Assembly: GCF_035084215.1 (NCBI RefSeq)
Contig: NC_090330.1
Location: forward strand, 104,160,001 to 104,224,000
Length of the DNA: 64,000 nt
Origin: Heptranchias perlo
Lineage: Eukaryota
Direction: 5' to 3'
Shown: in pieces, positions 62,839 through 64,000 of the stretch
Numbering within the stretch: position 1 is the first letter of the stretch
How the letters are laid out: every line of letters begins with the position of its first letter
Made by a program: the position numbers and the translations under genes
Notes under the pieces: model-generated
Databases searched by the model: none
What the model was told of the DNA's origin: nothing
The model's input: only the letters and a program-made list of their open reading frames with translations

Positions 62839-63559
62839 ATGATTTGCATCCATCAAAATTCACATCATCACACAATTGGATCAGGACTGAGTCAATAGAA
62901 ACCAGGTCTGTTGGATGTATTCTAAAACTCTTCTCCTCTCTTCGCCAGTAGGCTGCAATGCCACAAAGGCTCTATGACAGTGAGGTCCGAGGCCCAGTGT
63001 CGGACCTCACCATTTTGGTGCAAACGTCCAAATATGGACACTCCTGAATTTCTAGGCCAACAAGTCACATTTTCTTTTTTTCCCTGTCTCATTAGTTCCA
63101 GCTCATGTTCTCCACATTATAAATAGAGCTATCCAGGACTGAAGTGTGCTACAATAGAGGCAGAAGACAATTTAAAGAGGTCAGCAGCTGGGCTGGTGGG
63201 ATTTACAGAATCCTTATTTATGTCTCCTATCCCACCACTTCCTCCAGAGATTTTCAACGGGGCTGAACTCATAACTCTGCCATTCATTGATTTACCCAGG
63301 CAATTAATTATCTACTATAGGGACAGATTATAGAAATCTTGCACACAATGACACTCATATCATCAAATTCAAAGGTACTAGAAACAATCAAAAATGGTTA
63401 TCCCCTACATTTATTATCCTCACTCCATTCATGAAAACATTCTAAAGACCCTGTGATTACAACAGCTCCGGCTACATAAATCGAACACAATATTGTAATT
63501 GCAGACAAACCCGATGATTTGTACATGTTTATAATTAGGACTTTTCTTTTTACAATATA

Positions 63560-63780
63560 TCTCTAGGATCCCGTATGTTTCTTTCTAAAAAAAAAACAGA
63601 TTTATTTACTTGTCCTCCCACTTTAAAGATTTGTGCATTTGATTCTCTGTTCTTCTACTTAAGTTTTACCATTTAGTGTATATTTCCTCTAAACTTCCTC
63701 CCAAAATGTATCGCCTCACATTTCTCTGCATTAAATTTCATCTGACATTTATCTGTCCAGTCTACTAACCTGTCTATGTA
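63560..63780 (-). mobile_element. Old CR1 RT fragment
   Basis: DRLVDWTDKCQMKFNAEKCEAIHFGRK. Confidence 0.7.
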
Positions 63781-64000
63781 AAAATACCACGTGAACACTT
63801 CCTTCAGGATATCAGAAGCAGTGGAGAATTGTCCAGTACTGTGAGTCCAAACAACAATTTTTGAAAGCTAACAAACAGAAGGACCAGAAATCGAGGAGCT
63901 GATGAAGCAAAAGCAGAAACTGTGGTTGAAAAATAATATGAATTCAGGGAATGGAGATTAACAGATTACAAAATGGTTGGATGTGAATATCATTACAGCC

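Overview
Eukaryotic, repeat-dominated, essentially non-genic DNA. The repeat content (many CR1 LINEs with (TTCYTATG)n-type tails, L2 3' ends, a SacSINE1-like DeuSINE, Penelope-type termini) points to a cartilaginous fish; this is an inference. I found no intact host gene, tRNA/rRNA gene or CRISPR array. The main theme is PIF/Harbinger DNA transposons at every stage of decay. Two full-length two-gene elements (16577-20360, 37702-41895) each carry a spliced 3-exon Myb/SANT-like gene convergent with a DDE transposase, all pseudogenised. There are also two internal-deletion derivatives (46597-48647, 53837-55522), several very old relics recognisable only by manual translation (about 400-818, 2150-2780, 29430-31430), and about ten GGG-ended MITEs with 3-bp TSDs that are not the textbook TWA. 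Other relics missed by the ORF track: a Gypsy gag-protease remnant (32429-34440), a solo LTR (59698-59907), an RTE LINE remnant, a decayed C2H2 zinc-finger array split by a CR1 that is itself split by a Harbinger, and two decayed hammerhead-like Penelope termini. A few minus-strand exon-like segments may belong to an unidentified spliced transcript (low confidence). Boundaries of old relics are approximate. All family assignments come from motif recognition by eye, not database searches.
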